Below are positions 36,072-44,630 of a stretch of 64,000 bases of DNA, piece by piece (the stretch's first letter is position 1; each line of letters begins with the position of its first letter). The DNA is from an uncultured Alphaproteobacteria bacterium (GTDB lineage: Bacteria; Pseudomonadota; Alphaproteobacteria; Acetobacterales; Acetobacteraceae). The stretch covers positions 8,326 through 72,325 of the forward strand of contig CAWFYC010000033.1 in NCBI GenBank assembly GCA_963819855.1. Direction: 5' to 3'. Both the position numbers and the translations under genes were made by a program. Below the pieces are notes generated by a model that did no database searches, was not told the DNA's origin, and worked only from the letters and a program-made list of their open reading frames with translations.

Positions 36072-36718
36072 ATGTTGCCTGCTCCGGGCGTGTAGCTGGT
36101 GCCGACCACCGAGTTGGCGATCAACGTGTCGCACTGCACCACGCCGCTGAATTTCGACATGCCGGCATTGACGTTCACCGTCGCGGCGGAGACGGACACC
36201 GTCGCCGCGTTCACCTTGACCTGCGACGCAGCGGTAAGATCGATGTCGGTCGCGGTGACCTGTAGTGTCGTGGTGCCGATTGTAATGGTGCACTGGCCGC
36301 CGGAGCCGTCGGTGAGCGTCACCGTGTTGCCGGCCGGTGTGGTGATGGTGACGTTCGGGCCACCCTGGTCATCAAACACCGCCGCCATTCCCGACGGCAT
36401 GGTGATCGAATAGCGGTCCTGCGCCGGCGTCGCCTTGCTGGGTTCGCTTTGCCCGCCCGACCAGACGGCGCCGATCACGAACGGCTGTTCGGGTGTCAGG
36501 AACGCGACCAGCACGATCTCGTTCAGCTTCGGCAGACAGGCGACGCCATAGCCCTGTCCCGCGGATGGCACGACGACGCTGGCCCAGATCTCGACATCGA
36601 GCGCCAGCATGTTGAGCTTGATGCGCCCGCGGCCTTCAGGGTCTTTGTTGTCCGTCACCTGTCCGAGCGCCAGACCGGCGCCGCGGGTGATCAGGTGACC
36701 GGAGATATCGCCATCCAT
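36065..36718 (-). CDS. Spike protein, phage baseplate assembly protein V / gp5-like (VgrG C-half equivalent)
   Basis: The OB-fold signature is GQVTDNKDPEGRGRIKLNMLALDVEIWASVVVPSAGQGYGVACLPKLNEIVLVAF. The C-terminus has a beta-helix-like VxVxA repeat. Confidence 0.85.
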   Translation of the reverse strand: MDGDISGHLITRGAGLALGQVTDNKDPEGRGRIKLNMLALDVEIWASVVVPSAGQGYGVACLPKLNEIVLVAFLTPEQPFVIGAVWSGGQSEPSKATPAQDRYSITMPSGMAAVFDDQGGPNVTITTPAGNTVTLTDGSGGQCTITIGTTTLQVTATDIDLTAASQVKVNAATVSVSAATVNVNAGMSKFSGVVQCDTLIANSVVGTSYTPGAGNIW

Positions 36719-36727
36719 GTCCGGGAC

Positions 36728-37774
36728 CTAATTCCAATAGCCGCGTGCGATGCGCGCGTAGGTTTCGTAGCCGTTCGCCAGGCTGAAGTGATGCACCGTG
36801 GCGAGCACGTCGTAGCTGCCGAGCAGCCGTGGCGACACACCGGCCAGCTTCACCGCGCCACCATTCACCACCGCTGCATTGCCGACGCAGACCAGATCAC
36901 CGGCGAGGAAGCGCAGGCCGCGATCGTCGAATGCAGCGGCAGCGAAGTTGTTCGCCTGTCCGGAGGTGGCGGGAAATGGGTCGGCGAAGATCTCCTCGGC
37001 CGGCCAGCCAAGACCGCTGACGATCTGCGCTGCCGCGGTGCCCTGCGGCGTGACTCGTAGCTGCGTCGCCTGGCCGTTGGTTGCGGAACCTGCCGAAAGG
37101 TCCCAACCGTTCACGCGCGCGGTGGCCGGCTGGCGTGCCAGATCGGCAAGCAGCCGCACGCGGCGCAGCGTGTCGCCGCTGTTGAGTTCGACCGGCACCG
37201 GCGGCGGATCGGCCAGCCGGCAGATCAGCCTGCTGCCCTCGCAGCGCAGCCGCGCGCCATAATCGTGCGCCAACCGCCGCACCAGGGCGAGATCGCTTTC
37301 ATTCAACTGATGCCAGGTGCCCGGTTCGCTCGACAGGCGCGTGTCCGCGCTCAGTCCCGCATCGGCCGCGATCGATTGCACGATGGCGTCGGGGCTCTGC
37401 CGTTCCAGCACCCGGTTGCGCCGCTTGCGCGCCATCCGGTGCAGCATGTCGTCGGCCAGCAGCACAAGCTGCGGCGCGCCGTCGCCGTAGCGCTCCTCGA
37501 GCGCGGTGATCTCGCCCTGGAACAGCTTGCGCTCGGCATCGAGCCCGAATGACAGGGTCAGCTTGTCGCCCAGCCTGATGTCGTTGAACAGGAACGCCGG
37601 CTCGCCTCCGGTGGCGGGCGGTCCCCAGTTCACCACGCGCAGCTCGGCTGACATCGTCGCCTCAAATGGCGCGCGCACAATCGCTTCCAGCAGGTTCTGC
37701 CCGAACGCATCGCTGGTTGCACCGTTGATGCTGACGCTGGGTCGGCTGGAGACGAAGCTGCCGCCGTCGGCCAT
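36728..37774 (-). CDS. Phage late control D-like hub protein (gp27 / VgrG N-half equivalent)
   Basis: The product is 348 aa, and KLFQGEITALEERYGDGAPQLVLLADDMLHRMARKRRNRVLERQSPDAIVQSIAADAGL follows the gpD/VgrG N-domain pattern. Confidence 0.7.
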   Translation of the reverse strand: MADGGSFVSSRPSVSINGATSDAFGQNLLEAIVRAPFEATMSAELRVVNWGPPATGGEPAFLFNDIRLGDKLTLSFGLDAERKLFQGEITALEERYGDGAPQLVLLADDMLHRMARKRRNRVLERQSPDAIVQSIAADAGLSADTRLSSEPGTWHQLNESDLALVRRLAHDYGARLRCEGSRLICRLADPPPVPVELNSGDTLRRVRLLADLARQPATARVNGWDLSAGSATNGQATQLRVTPQGTAAAQIVSGLGWPAEEIFADPFPATSGQANNFAAAAFDDRGLRFLAGDLVCVGNAAVVNGGAVKLAGVSPRLLGSYDVLATVHHFSLANGYETYARIARGYWN

Positions 37775-37775
37775 C

Positions 37776-37934
37776 TCAGTCGACCTTCAGGCGCAGCCGT
37801 CGATCGGCTGCGGTCTGTGCATCGACCAGTTGGTCAGCGAGCGACGGCGGCCGAGGGGGCTGTACCTGCGTCGCCGATGGTTGTGCGGTTTGCGGCGCGG
37901 TCTCGATCAGCAGTTCATCGATCAGGATCGGCAT
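37776..37934 (-). CDS. Small 52-aa eCIS ORF, DUF5908/Afp6-like (below ORF-track cut-off)
   Basis: My manual translation is MPILIDELLIETAPQTAQPSATQVQPPRPPSLADQLVDAQTAADRRLRLKVD. It exactly fills the gap between two eCIS genes. The MPIxIxEL opening resembles my memory of Afp6/Pvc6-type proteins. Confidence 0.45.
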   Translation of the reverse strand: MPILIDELLIETAPQTAQPSATQVQPPRPPSLADQLVDAQTAADRRLRLKVD

Positions 37935-37939
37935 GGCGA

Positions 37940-38755
37940 CTAACCCGACGTGAGTTGGGCGGGAGCGTCGGCGGAGAAGGCGCCGGGAATATTGGTGCCG
38001 AGATCAGCTGAGGCGCCTGAACTGAACCCCGCGCTGGCGGACGCATCGGCGCTGACTCCGAACGAGGCCGATGCGCCGGCCGAGACGCTGGCGCCGATCG
38101 CCAGCGACCCGCCGGTGAAGCGTGGCGTTTCCAATCCGTTCAGCATCGCTTGTGCACGCCAGGTGCCGGGATCCAATCCGGCCGCCTGCATCGATGGCGC
38201 GAGCGGCACTCCCGGAGGTGCCGCCAAAGCCTGCGGCCCCGGCGGCGCCCAGTTGTCGAGCTTCGCCTTGTAGCGGTTCTCGGCCAACGACAGGCTGACG
38301 CTGGCGCGCAACGGCACACCCGCCGCAGCGAAAAAATCCAGTGTTTCGCTCATGCTTTCCACCAGGCCGTTGAAGCTGAACGTGCCCCAGACGAACATCA
38401 GGCTGCGTGCCGCGGGCGGTTTGGTGTCGCCCTGTTTGGGCGGCGGGCGGATGAACAGATCCACCAGCTTCTGGGTGATCTTGCGGACGTCGGCATTCTT
38501 CTGCTTCGTCTGATAGTCGAGCGTGGTGTCGAACAGCAGATCGAGCGTGAGCTTGGCCGCGCCGGTATCGACGAGTTGCGCCGGCTGCGAGGAACTGCCG
38601 CTGCCTTTGGTGTCCGCCTGGAGATTGTTGGTGCGCTGCACACGCAGCGTTTCCGGGTTGAAATGCACTGCCATTTGATTCGCCGTATCCGGCTGCCCGC
38701 TGGTGGCATCGACCGGAAGGATCAACGCGCGCTGGAACTGGAGGCTGCCTGACAT
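37940..38755 (-). CDS. CIS tube-initiator-like protein (Afp7-like N-domain, no LysM), 271 aa
   Basis: The N-terminus (LILPVD...MAVHFNPETLRVQRTNN...AKLTLDLLFDT) resembles CIS tube-fold N-domains. The C-terminal third is Ser/Ala/Gly low complexity. I see no LysM motif. Confidence 0.5.
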   Translation of the reverse strand: MSGSLQFQRALILPVDATSGQPDTANQMAVHFNPETLRVQRTNNLQADTKGSGSSSQPAQLVDTGAAKLTLDLLFDTTLDYQTKQKNADVRKITQKLVDLFIRPPPKQGDTKPPAARSLMFVWGTFSFNGLVESMSETLDFFAAAGVPLRASVSLSLAENRYKAKLDNWAPPGPQALAAPPGVPLAPSMQAAGLDPGTWRAQAMLNGLETPRFTGGSLAIGASVSAGASASFGVSADASASAGFSSGASADLGTNIPGAFSADAPAQLTSG

Positions 38756-38764
38756 CGCCCGCCC

Positions 38765-39217
38765 CTAGGTCGGTTCGCGTGAAACGTCTTCGAACACGAG
38801 CTGCACCTCTTCCACCGCGACCTGGCTGGCGGTTGCCGACAGATCGGGTGACTTGAACTTGATCGGCAGCACGTTGAGCAACTTCCAGGAAGCGACCACG
38901 TTCGGACCGCCATCCATCACGTCGATCTGACCTTGCAGGCGCACGCCGAAATTCTCGCGGCCGGCCACCAGATCGAGCCAGCGCCAGAGGTCGCTCGATG
39001 CGGTCATGCCGCGCTTCAGCGTGATGCTGCCGAACGCCACCGGGCCGACGCGCTGTGTGGCGCCGGTGTTGCGTCCGCCCTCGCGGATGGTGCGCGGCGT
39101 CATGGTAGCCTCGATGCCGGTGGCCTCGCTGAACAGGCCGCCGCACAGCGGGTCCGGCGACACATCGGCGCTGTAGAGATTGACCCGGTAGCGGAAGGCG
39201 ACGAACGCATCGCTCAT
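38765..39217 (-). CDS. Phage tail tube protein paralog 2 (Afp5-like)
   Basis: The product is 150 aa and carries FRYRVNLY...GLFSEATGIEATMTPRTIREGG...GSITLKRGMTASSDLWRWL, a pattern parallel to the tube protein at 40616-41068. Confidence 0.8.
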   Translation of the reverse strand: MSDAFVAFRYRVNLYSADVSPDPLCGGLFSEATGIEATMTPRTIREGGRNTGATQRVGPVAFGSITLKRGMTASSDLWRWLDLVAGRENFGVRLQGQIDVMDGGPNVVASWKLLNVLPIKFKSPDLSATASQVAVEEVQLVFEDVSREPT

Positions 39218-40611
39218 ATTGCCACCGCCTGGACGGTGGCGCCGTCCGTGGACTGCACGAAGCGCAGCCGGATGGTTTCGATCGCATAGGCGGGTGCGAA
39301 GCCGATCTCGTAGGCGATGCTGCCCTCCGGCGCCGGTGCCGGCTGAATCGACACCGCATCGGCCAATCGTCGCCCGCGCAGCGCGCCGCGCTGGAACAAC
39401 GTGGCGAAGAAGCCGTTGAGCGCCAAGCCGACGCGGCCGTCATCCGCGAGACCGATTTCGAACACCAACCGCTCGCCGAACTGCCGCAACTCGCGGATCA
39501 GCCAGCCGATGAACCGCTGCGTGCCAGCGGCGCGCGCCGACGGCGTGCGCGGCATCGCCAGCACTTCATCGTTCAGCACGATGCCGGTCGGATCGCGTTG
39601 CAGGGTGCCGATGCCCCGCACGGTCAATCCCGCGGCGACCTCCTCGCCGATCTGGCGCAGCGGTGCGCGGGTGCCGGGAAGCAACTGGCCACCGATCGAT
39701 CGCCACGGACCGGTGCGTTCCGCGGCGGCGGCGATCGCACCGGCCACCATGCCGGATGGCGTCAGCACCGCGCCGGTCTCGTCGTGCAGCAACGGTGCCA
39801 GCACTTGCAGGCCCGGGCGATCCAGCATGCTGTCGGGCGCGCCGTACAGCAGCCTGATCGCGGTGTCCGCCAGCAGGTGCGGACTGGCTGTCTGGTCGAG
39901 GCCGACGGGAAGGCTGAACAGGCACTGCATGTCCGGCCGCAGGCGTGCCAGGGTGCGGCAGATGCGTCCGAGCAGATCGGCGAGGAACACCACGGGCGCA
40001 CCCGCCGCGATGCCGCCCGCCGATCCGGGCACCGGTCGATCGGGTGGCGGCGCGCCAAGCGGACGGAACTCCGGTGCGATCGGGGGCGATGGCGGCGGCA
40101 ACGGCGTGACCACTTCAGGAACCGCGGCGATACGCTCCAGATCCGGCAGCACGACCAGGCCGACGGTTGGAATGGTTGCGGCTGCAATGATACCGCGCGT
40201 CGCGGCACCGAAGCCCGGGACCGGCGCATCGTACGGCACATAGGCGCTCAGATCGGCAGTGGCAGCGGTTCGGACGATCCAGGCGCGACGTCCGCCGGCC
40301 GCGAAGAAGTCGGCAACCGCCTGCGGCAGCCACATCGACTGACCGGGCAGCGGATCGGCCGAAGGAGGCACCGGCGTGGCGCCGAACAGGGCACGGAACG
40401 TGCCCCAGTCGTCGATCGGCACCGGTTGGTCGAAGCCGTCCGTGGTGGGCGCGAAGCCAAGCTCGCTCACCGCGCGCTGCGCCCGCGCATCGAGCTGTCC
40501 CGTCGGGCAGCAGCCGATGAACGCCACCTCGAGCACCGGTGACGCCGACGGCAACGGCAACGCGTCGGCGAGACTGACGCGGCGATCGGCGAGAGCGAGC
40601 ACCGTCACCAT
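39214..40611 (-). CDS. Divergent sheath-family paralog (465 aa)
   Basis: The C-terminal part (VRGIGTLQRDPTGIVLNDEVL...RFIGWLIRELRQFGERLVFE...FFATLFQRGALRG...IGFAPAYAIETIRLRF) parallels the sheath C-terminal domain layout, but the WGxRTL core is lost. The start is at the internal ATG 40611. Confidence 0.5.
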   Translation of the reverse strand: MVTVLALADRRVSLADALPLPSASPVLEVAFIGCCPTGQLDARAQRAVSELGFAPTTDGFDQPVPIDDWGTFRALFGATPVPPSADPLPGQSMWLPQAVADFFAAGGRRAWIVRTAATADLSAYVPYDAPVPGFGAATRGIIAAATIPTVGLVVLPDLERIAAVPEVVTPLPPPSPPIAPEFRPLGAPPPDRPVPGSAGGIAAGAPVVFLADLLGRICRTLARLRPDMQCLFSLPVGLDQTASPHLLADTAIRLLYGAPDSMLDRPGLQVLAPLLHDETGAVLTPSGMVAGAIAAAAERTGPWRSIGGQLLPGTRAPLRQIGEEVAAGLTVRGIGTLQRDPTGIVLNDEVLAMPRTPSARAAGTQRFIGWLIRELRQFGERLVFEIGLADDGRVGLALNGFFATLFQRGALRGRRLADAVSIQPAPAPEGSIAYEIGFAPAYAIETIRLRFVQSTDGATVQAVAI

Positions 40612-40615
40612 CCAC

Positions 40616-41068
40616 CTATTCGTACTCGATCTTTTCCACCGACAGCACCAGTTCCTCCATCGCCACATCGCCGCCGCCCTTGGCGGTAAGCGTGGGGCCG
40701 GTCCATTTCAGCGGCATCGCGCCGCGCAGCCGCCAGGTGGCGACCGGGTTCCGGCCTTCGTCCAGCAGCGTGACAGTGACCTCGCGCTTGAAGTCCTGCG
40801 TGTCGCGCTCGCGAAGCTGTTCGATCCACTGCCAGATATCGTCGGAAGCCATCAGCCCGCGCTTCAGCGTGACGTCGCCCGTCTTGTAGACGCCGGGCAG
40901 CTTGCGCGTGTGGTTCTCCATGTCGTTGCCGGTGCGGTACTCGGCCACCGTGATCTCGGTGTTGAGGCCGCTGACCTCGCTGAAACCGGCTCGCGGCTCG
41001 CGTCCCTGGCCGGGCAGCAACTCCACCAGGAAGTTGAAGGCGGAGTACGGGGTCTGACGAAACTGCAT
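40616..41068 (-). CDS. Phage tail tube protein paralog 1 (T4 gp19 / Afp1-like)
   Basis: The product is 150 aa and carries FNFLVELLPG...GFSEVSGLNTEITVAEYRTGND...KLPGVYKTGDVTLKRGLMASDDIWQWI, the canonical contractile-tail tube pattern. Confidence 0.85.
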   Translation of the reverse strand: MQFRQTPYSAFNFLVELLPGQGREPRAGFSEVSGLNTEITVAEYRTGNDMENHTRKLPGVYKTGDVTLKRGLMASDDIWQWIEQLRERDTQDFKREVTVTLLDEGRNPVATWRLRGAMPLKWTGPTLTAKGGGDVAMEELVLSVEKIEYE

Positions 41069-41093
41069 GTTCCGCTCGCTCCTTGTTGCGCGT

Positions 41094-43241
41094 CTAGCTG
41101 CTGGCGGTGATCTGGCCGATGCGGAAGATGACGAATTCGGCGGGGCGCAACGGCGCGACGCCGATCAGGCACACCAGCCTGCCGTTGTCGAGATCGTTCT
41201 GCGTCATCGTGGTACGATCGCAGCGCACGAAATACGCCGATTCCGGCTTCGAGCCGAGCAGATGTCCGTTGCGCCATTCCGAGTAGAGGAAGTCCGACAC
41301 CGTGGCTTGCACGTTCGCCCACAGCGCCTCGCCGTTTGGTTCGAACACCACCCAGCTGGTCGAATCGTCGATCGAGTGTTCCAGGAACATGAAGTAGCGC
41401 CGCACATTCACGTAACGCCAGTCCGGATCGTCGGACAGCGTGCGTCCGCCCCACACGCGGTAGCCGCGATTGGCGAAGAAGCGCAGGCAGTTGATGCCAA
41501 GCGGGTTCAGCACCTCCTGCTGAAATGTGTTGACATACAGTTCGAGCCCTGTGGCGCCCTGGATCACTTCGTTCGCCGGCGCCTTGTGCACGCCGCGCTG
41601 TACGTCGGTATCGGCATAAAGTCCGGCCATGAAGCCGCTTGGCGGCAGAATCACGTCGCCGACGCCGTCCGGCGATGCCGCCTTCACCCACGGGTAGTAT
41701 AGCGCCAGGCGTGTGTCCGAGAGCTGTGCGCGGAACGCCTGCACATCGGCGACCGACGAGCCCGGACCCGCTTCGATGATTCCGATGCGATAGCGCATCT
41801 TGGTGCAGTGCTGCTGCATCGCGATGACCGTGCCGAGATGCGCGGCGGGGTCGGCGGCGGCGGCAGGGCAGACCACCATGGATATTTCGTCGATGTCCTC
41901 GAGTGCGGCGAGTCCATAGCTGCCGAGCTGATCGTTCATCTCGCCGATATAGTCGGCGACGATCGGCGAGCTGCCGTCGCTGCCGCCGGTCAGATGGATC
42001 ACCAGTTGCGGCGTCGCGGCGGGATTGGCCGGTGCGAGCAGCGCGGGATCGAACGCATTGACCAGCGCTGCCCAGACATCACTCGCGCTATGCACCGGTG
42101 CGCCATAGCTTACCGCGATCGGCTGGGTGAGTTGGTCCGAGGAACGTACCGGATGCGTCGGCAACACGGTGCCGAGACTGACCGGCGCGTTGATCTCCAG
42201 CGACACGCCCTGAACACTGTAGATCAGCGTGCCGTTGCGCTGCACGCTGATGTCGAAGGCGTCGTGGAACAGCGGTCCGGCAGCACCTGGACCAGGTGCC
42301 AGGTCGGCCCCCGCCAGCGCGAGCGGCAATTGCGTGTCGACGGCGACGGATGCGTTCAGCGCGTGCGGAAAGGTGAGCGTGCTGCCGTCGGTGCTCGCCG
42401 TTGCATAGAAGGTGGCCAGTGTGCTGGTTGCTCCCAGATATTGCGCCAGTGCCGGCCCGCCGGGAATGCTGTAGAGCGGCGCGTTGCCCAGGCCCGCCGT
42501 GTTGAGCGCTGCCTTGCGCGCACCATCGCGCACGTTTTGATCCGAGGTGATGGACGCCGCGAAGTTGGGGACATCGACCAGGTGGGCGTTACCGGTGCTA
42601 TCGACAAAGAAGATTCGCTGGCCGGTCTCGAACACGTAGCGGTCGGGATTGCTGGCGTCGGCCGGCACATGCTGTGCCAGCGCCACGAGTTTTTGTAGCG
42701 GGAATAGCGCATCGGCAAGGCCGGCGACGGGCGTGTTGAGCTGCGCCTTGCGCACCTGCGACAGTCGCAGCAGCACGACGTCGGCATCGGAGGATGAGGC
42801 CGACAGCGACAGCAGGCTGGCGCTGCGACGCGGCGCGAACACCACGTCGAGATTGCCGCCGGTGCCGGGGAAGCGCGCCTGGAACAGCACGCTGGCGGCG
42901 GTACCCTGCTGCAGGACACGCGGCGCGGTTGCGGTCGCGGCGGCGGCATCGGGGCGTGCGACGCGGCCGACGTAGATCATCTGTCCGCCGTTGTCGAAGA
43001 ACGCGCGGACCGACAGTGCGGTATAATTCGGTGCGCTGGTGCCACCCAGGGACAGGTTCGCCAGGTCGCCGAAATTGTTCTGGTAGTCGGCCAGGCTGGT
43101 GCACAGCACCGGCCTGCCACGCACCTGGCCGAACCGTGTTGGCCCGACGATGGCGGCAACCGACGTACTGGCACCTTCAATCGTCTTCTGTCGAAAGCTG
43201 GTCTCCTCGACATAGACGCCCGGTGCGAGATATTCCGGCAT
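41094..43241 (-). CDS. Contractile tail sheath protein (715 aa)
   Basis: The N-terminus is MPEYLAPGVYVEETSFRQKTIEGASTSVAAIVGPT. The C-terminus (GINCLRFFANRGYRVWGGRTLSDDPDWRYVNVRRYFMFLEHSI...FEPN) matches the sheath pattern. GGTGGAGA lies upstream of the ATG. Confidence 0.9.
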   Translation of the reverse strand: MPEYLAPGVYVEETSFRQKTIEGASTSVAAIVGPTRFGQVRGRPVLCTSLADYQNNFGDLANLSLGGTSAPNYTALSVRAFFDNGGQMIYVGRVARPDAAAATATAPRVLQQGTAASVLFQARFPGTGGNLDVVFAPRRSASLLSLSASSSDADVVLLRLSQVRKAQLNTPVAGLADALFPLQKLVALAQHVPADASNPDRYVFETGQRIFFVDSTGNAHLVDVPNFAASITSDQNVRDGARKAALNTAGLGNAPLYSIPGGPALAQYLGATSTLATFYATASTDGSTLTFPHALNASVAVDTQLPLALAGADLAPGPGAAGPLFHDAFDISVQRNGTLIYSVQGVSLEINAPVSLGTVLPTHPVRSSDQLTQPIAVSYGAPVHSASDVWAALVNAFDPALLAPANPAATPQLVIHLTGGSDGSSPIVADYIGEMNDQLGSYGLAALEDIDEISMVVCPAAAADPAAHLGTVIAMQQHCTKMRYRIGIIEAGPGSSVADVQAFRAQLSDTRLALYYPWVKAASPDGVGDVILPPSGFMAGLYADTDVQRGVHKAPANEVIQGATGLELYVNTFQQEVLNPLGINCLRFFANRGYRVWGGRTLSDDPDWRYVNVRRYFMFLEHSIDDSTSWVVFEPNGEALWANVQATVSDFLYSEWRNGHLLGSKPESAYFVRCDRTTMTQNDLDNGRLVCLIGVAPLRPAEFVIFRIGQITASS

Positions 43242-43264
43242 GGCGTGTCTCCACCTCGATGAGG

Positions 43265-44023
43265 TTATGCTTCCAGAGTCGCGAACGGTACGCTGGGATC
43301 CGTTGCAGTCAGGATCTGACCGCGCGTGAAGGGGATGGTGACCGAATCGGTGAATCCGCCGGTTGCGCCGAGCCGCAGCTTGCGCGCGGCCAACGCGTCG
43401 GGATCGGTGATCGGTGTCGGTTGCGGGTGCGTCGCCGGGGTGACGACGGTCATCGTCAACTGGTCCGTCGCACTGGACGCAGGCGGTGGTGGCAGTCCGC
43501 GCATCGCCACCAGCAGATCGCCCTGTTGGTTCGCCTGGCCGGAGAAGGTGAAGGTCTTGCCGGTCCGCATACAGGTGAGCGTGGCGATCGCCCAGGCCGC
43601 GGCCGCACCGTCGGCATAGAGCAGTCTGACCGCGAGGCCGCCGGCCTCGTCGAAGCGCGTCGTGACCGTGCTGCGATACAGCGGCACGTAGGCGATCCGA
43701 TCGGCGTTCAGCGGCACCGAGAAGAGTCGAGGATGAAACCGACCGTCGCGCGACGTTACCTGCCCGCTCACTGTGATCGGTGCGCTGAACGGCGGCGTCG
43801 TGAGTTCGTCCGGCGTCGGCATATGGTCATAGAAGATCGGCTCCATGAGCAGCACGATGCCGCGTGGATCGGCGCGCCAGGTGATCTTGTCCGGCAGCGC
43901 GCCAGTAACGCGCGCATCCAACAGCGGCGGCGGGCCGCCGATCGCGCGCCGGCCCGGCGGGCCGAACAGCAGCGCCTCGGCCCAGAACACCGCGCCGGCA
44001 GCGGGGAAGCGATTGGCTTCCAC
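43265..44023 (-). CDS. Hypothetical eCIS protein (252 aa)
   Basis: The GTG start lies 2 nt after the DUF4255 stop and the gene is co-directional. I recognise no motif. Confidence 0.5.
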   Translation of the reverse strand: MEANRFPAAGAVFWAEALLFGPPGRRAIGGPPPLLDARVTGALPDKITWRADPRGIVLLMEPIFYDHMPTPDELTTPPFSAPITVSGQVTSRDGRFHPRLFSVPLNADRIAYVPLYRSTVTTRFDEAGGLAVRLLYADGAAAAWAIATLTCMRTGKTFTFSGQANQQGDLLVAMRGLPPPPASSATDQLTMTVVTPATHPQPTPITDPDALAARKLRLGATGGFTDSVTIPFTRGQILTATDPSVPFATLEA

Positions 44024-44025
44024 GC

Positions 44026-44616
44026 TCAGGGCACGCCCTCCCGATAACCGAACGTCCGATCAAGCACCGGGGCATAGACATGCTGCGCCACGTCGGCCCG
44101 CACGCGCACGGCGCGCGCTATATAAGGTACCGACATCGAATACTTCATCGGCAGCACGTCCCAGATGCGGTACAGCTCCTCGGGCTTCATGTCCTCGGTG
44201 GCAAGTTGCACGCTATCGGCCTCGTCCCACTCGTACGATGGATCGCTCAACCGGTCCGCGCCGATCACCGGTCTGCTGGCAAGGCGCTGCATCGCGAAAC
44301 CCATCAGACTGATTTCGGCGAGCGGCGTGTCGGCGACGCCGATCAGCAGAAAATGCAGCATCAGCGGCACTTCCGGTACCGGCGGCGTACGGCTGCCGGG
44401 CAATTGGCGAATGAATCCACCCGGGATCGATGGATCGATGGCAATGCGATGCAGGTAGACGCCGACGATGTTGCCGAGCGATTTCTTGAAGTCCTGGCTG
44501 CCGATGAGCTGCGCGTTGCCGTTGATCGGGCTGTTACTGAGATCTGCCGGGAATTCCTCCTTCAGCAGGCTCTCGATCGCCAGCATGACGCCGTAGACAG
44601 CGCTGTAGCTCGCCAC
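44026..44616 (-). CDS. DUF4255 (Pvc16/Afp16 N-domain) tail terminator/cap-like protein
   Basis: The product is 196 aa. The VGVYLHRIAID and C-terminal EELYRIWDVLPMKYSMSVPYIARAVRV segments follow the DUF4255 pattern. The GTG start is preceded by GGGAGAG. Confidence 0.7.
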   Translation of the reverse strand: MASYSAVYGVMLAIESLLKEEFPADLSNSPINGNAQLIGSQDFKKSLGNIVGVYLHRIAIDPSIPGGFIRQLPGSRTPPVPEVPLMLHFLLIGVADTPLAEISLMGFAMQRLASRPVIGADRLSDPSYEWDEADSVQLATEDMKPEELYRIWDVLPMKYSMSVPYIARAVRVRADVAQHVYAPVLDRTFGYREGVP

Positions 44617-44630
44617 ATAACTCTCCCGCG

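Noticed and set aside
16032-44616. Interpretation of the tail-like cluster as a prophage, an R-type tailocin or a type VI secretion system
   Set aside because: A prophage is unlikely because no capsid, portal, terminase, integrase or replication genes occur within 64 kb. A tailocin is unlikely because there is no lysis cassette, and the DUF4255, AAA+ and DUF4157 genes are not tailocin components. A canonical T6SS is unlikely because there are no recognisable TssB/C-type small and large sheath pair, TssJLM membrane complex, TssK/F/G or ClpV-type double-ring ATPase. A membrane-anchored mode nevertheless remains possible; see the finding on 34479-36071.
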